A stretch of 64,000 nt of DNA from Octopus sinensis (taxonomy: Eukaryota): the NCBI RefSeq assembly GCF_006345805.1, contig NC_043021.1, positions 21,886,001 through 21,950,000 on the forward strand, written 5' to 3'. Positions within the stretch are counted from its first letter, which is position 1. Each line of letters opens with the position of its first letter. The translations under genes and the position numbers were made by a program. Positions 63,709-64,000 of the stretch are shown here, in pieces. The notes beneath the pieces are model-generated. The model was not told where the DNA came from and made no database searches. It saw nothing but the letters and a program-made list of their open reading frames with translations.

Positions 63709-64000
63709 CATGTGTAAATATAGAAAATATCTTTGGAATAAATAATTCCCAAAATACATGTTCATACAACAATTTGAAGGCAAACCAAAATTAGTTAAAT
63801 TCAAAAGTGAACCAATGAAATATTTTCAGTACATGAAAGCATACAAAAAAGAACACTAAAAAGAAATATAATCTAAGGAAAGCTGCTTTTGCATTCAACT
63901 ATTGGTGACATCAGCGGATAATGAAAAAATAAATAAATAGACATAAGTATTCTGCGTTATGGCAATTAGAAACATAGAGATTTTGCATCATCATGATTAG

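Noticed and set aside
1-64000. Hundreds of long ORFs in the supplied track (YIYI, IIII, MCVC, LSIY types)
   Set aside because: They are translations of stop-free microsatellites with no protein-like composition or splice context.

Overview
Repeat-dominated animal genomic DNA, most likely from an octopus (coleoid cephalopod). That call is inferred from the extreme microsatellite load and the tRNA-derived SINE and RTE/CR1 LINE families; no database was searched. The window looks intronic or intergenic: one well-supported orphan coding exon (3989-4156, +), no complete gene, no genuine tRNA or rRNA gene and no CRISPR array. Nearly all ORFs in the supplied track are translations of microsatellites or SINEs; the exceptions are LINE fragments. 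The main result is a set of short, non-coding, Penelope-like elements carrying minimal type I hammerhead ribozymes (HHRs) with palindromic helix III. They repeatedly occur as head-to-head inverted pairs (one copy reaching the 3' end plus a shorter inverted partner), often in (TA)n. They include (i) a tRNA-headed SINE with an HHR tail (14389-14946, 40675-41088, 47913-48052), (ii) a ~310-bp-arm palindrome whose HHR has a 60-nt helix II (52256-52988), and (iii) a 133-bp-arm palindrome whose HHR core has a compensatory C3G/G8C swap (58490-58833). Also noted: an RTE LINE with a PHD finger whose 3' UTR is the source of a very common repeat here, a 29-bp minisatellite derived from that LINE's ORF, SINE tail swapping, nested MITE/SINE insertions and inverted SINE pairs. 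Ribozyme folds were assigned by eye. Transposable-element boundaries are approximate (about +/-10 bp).
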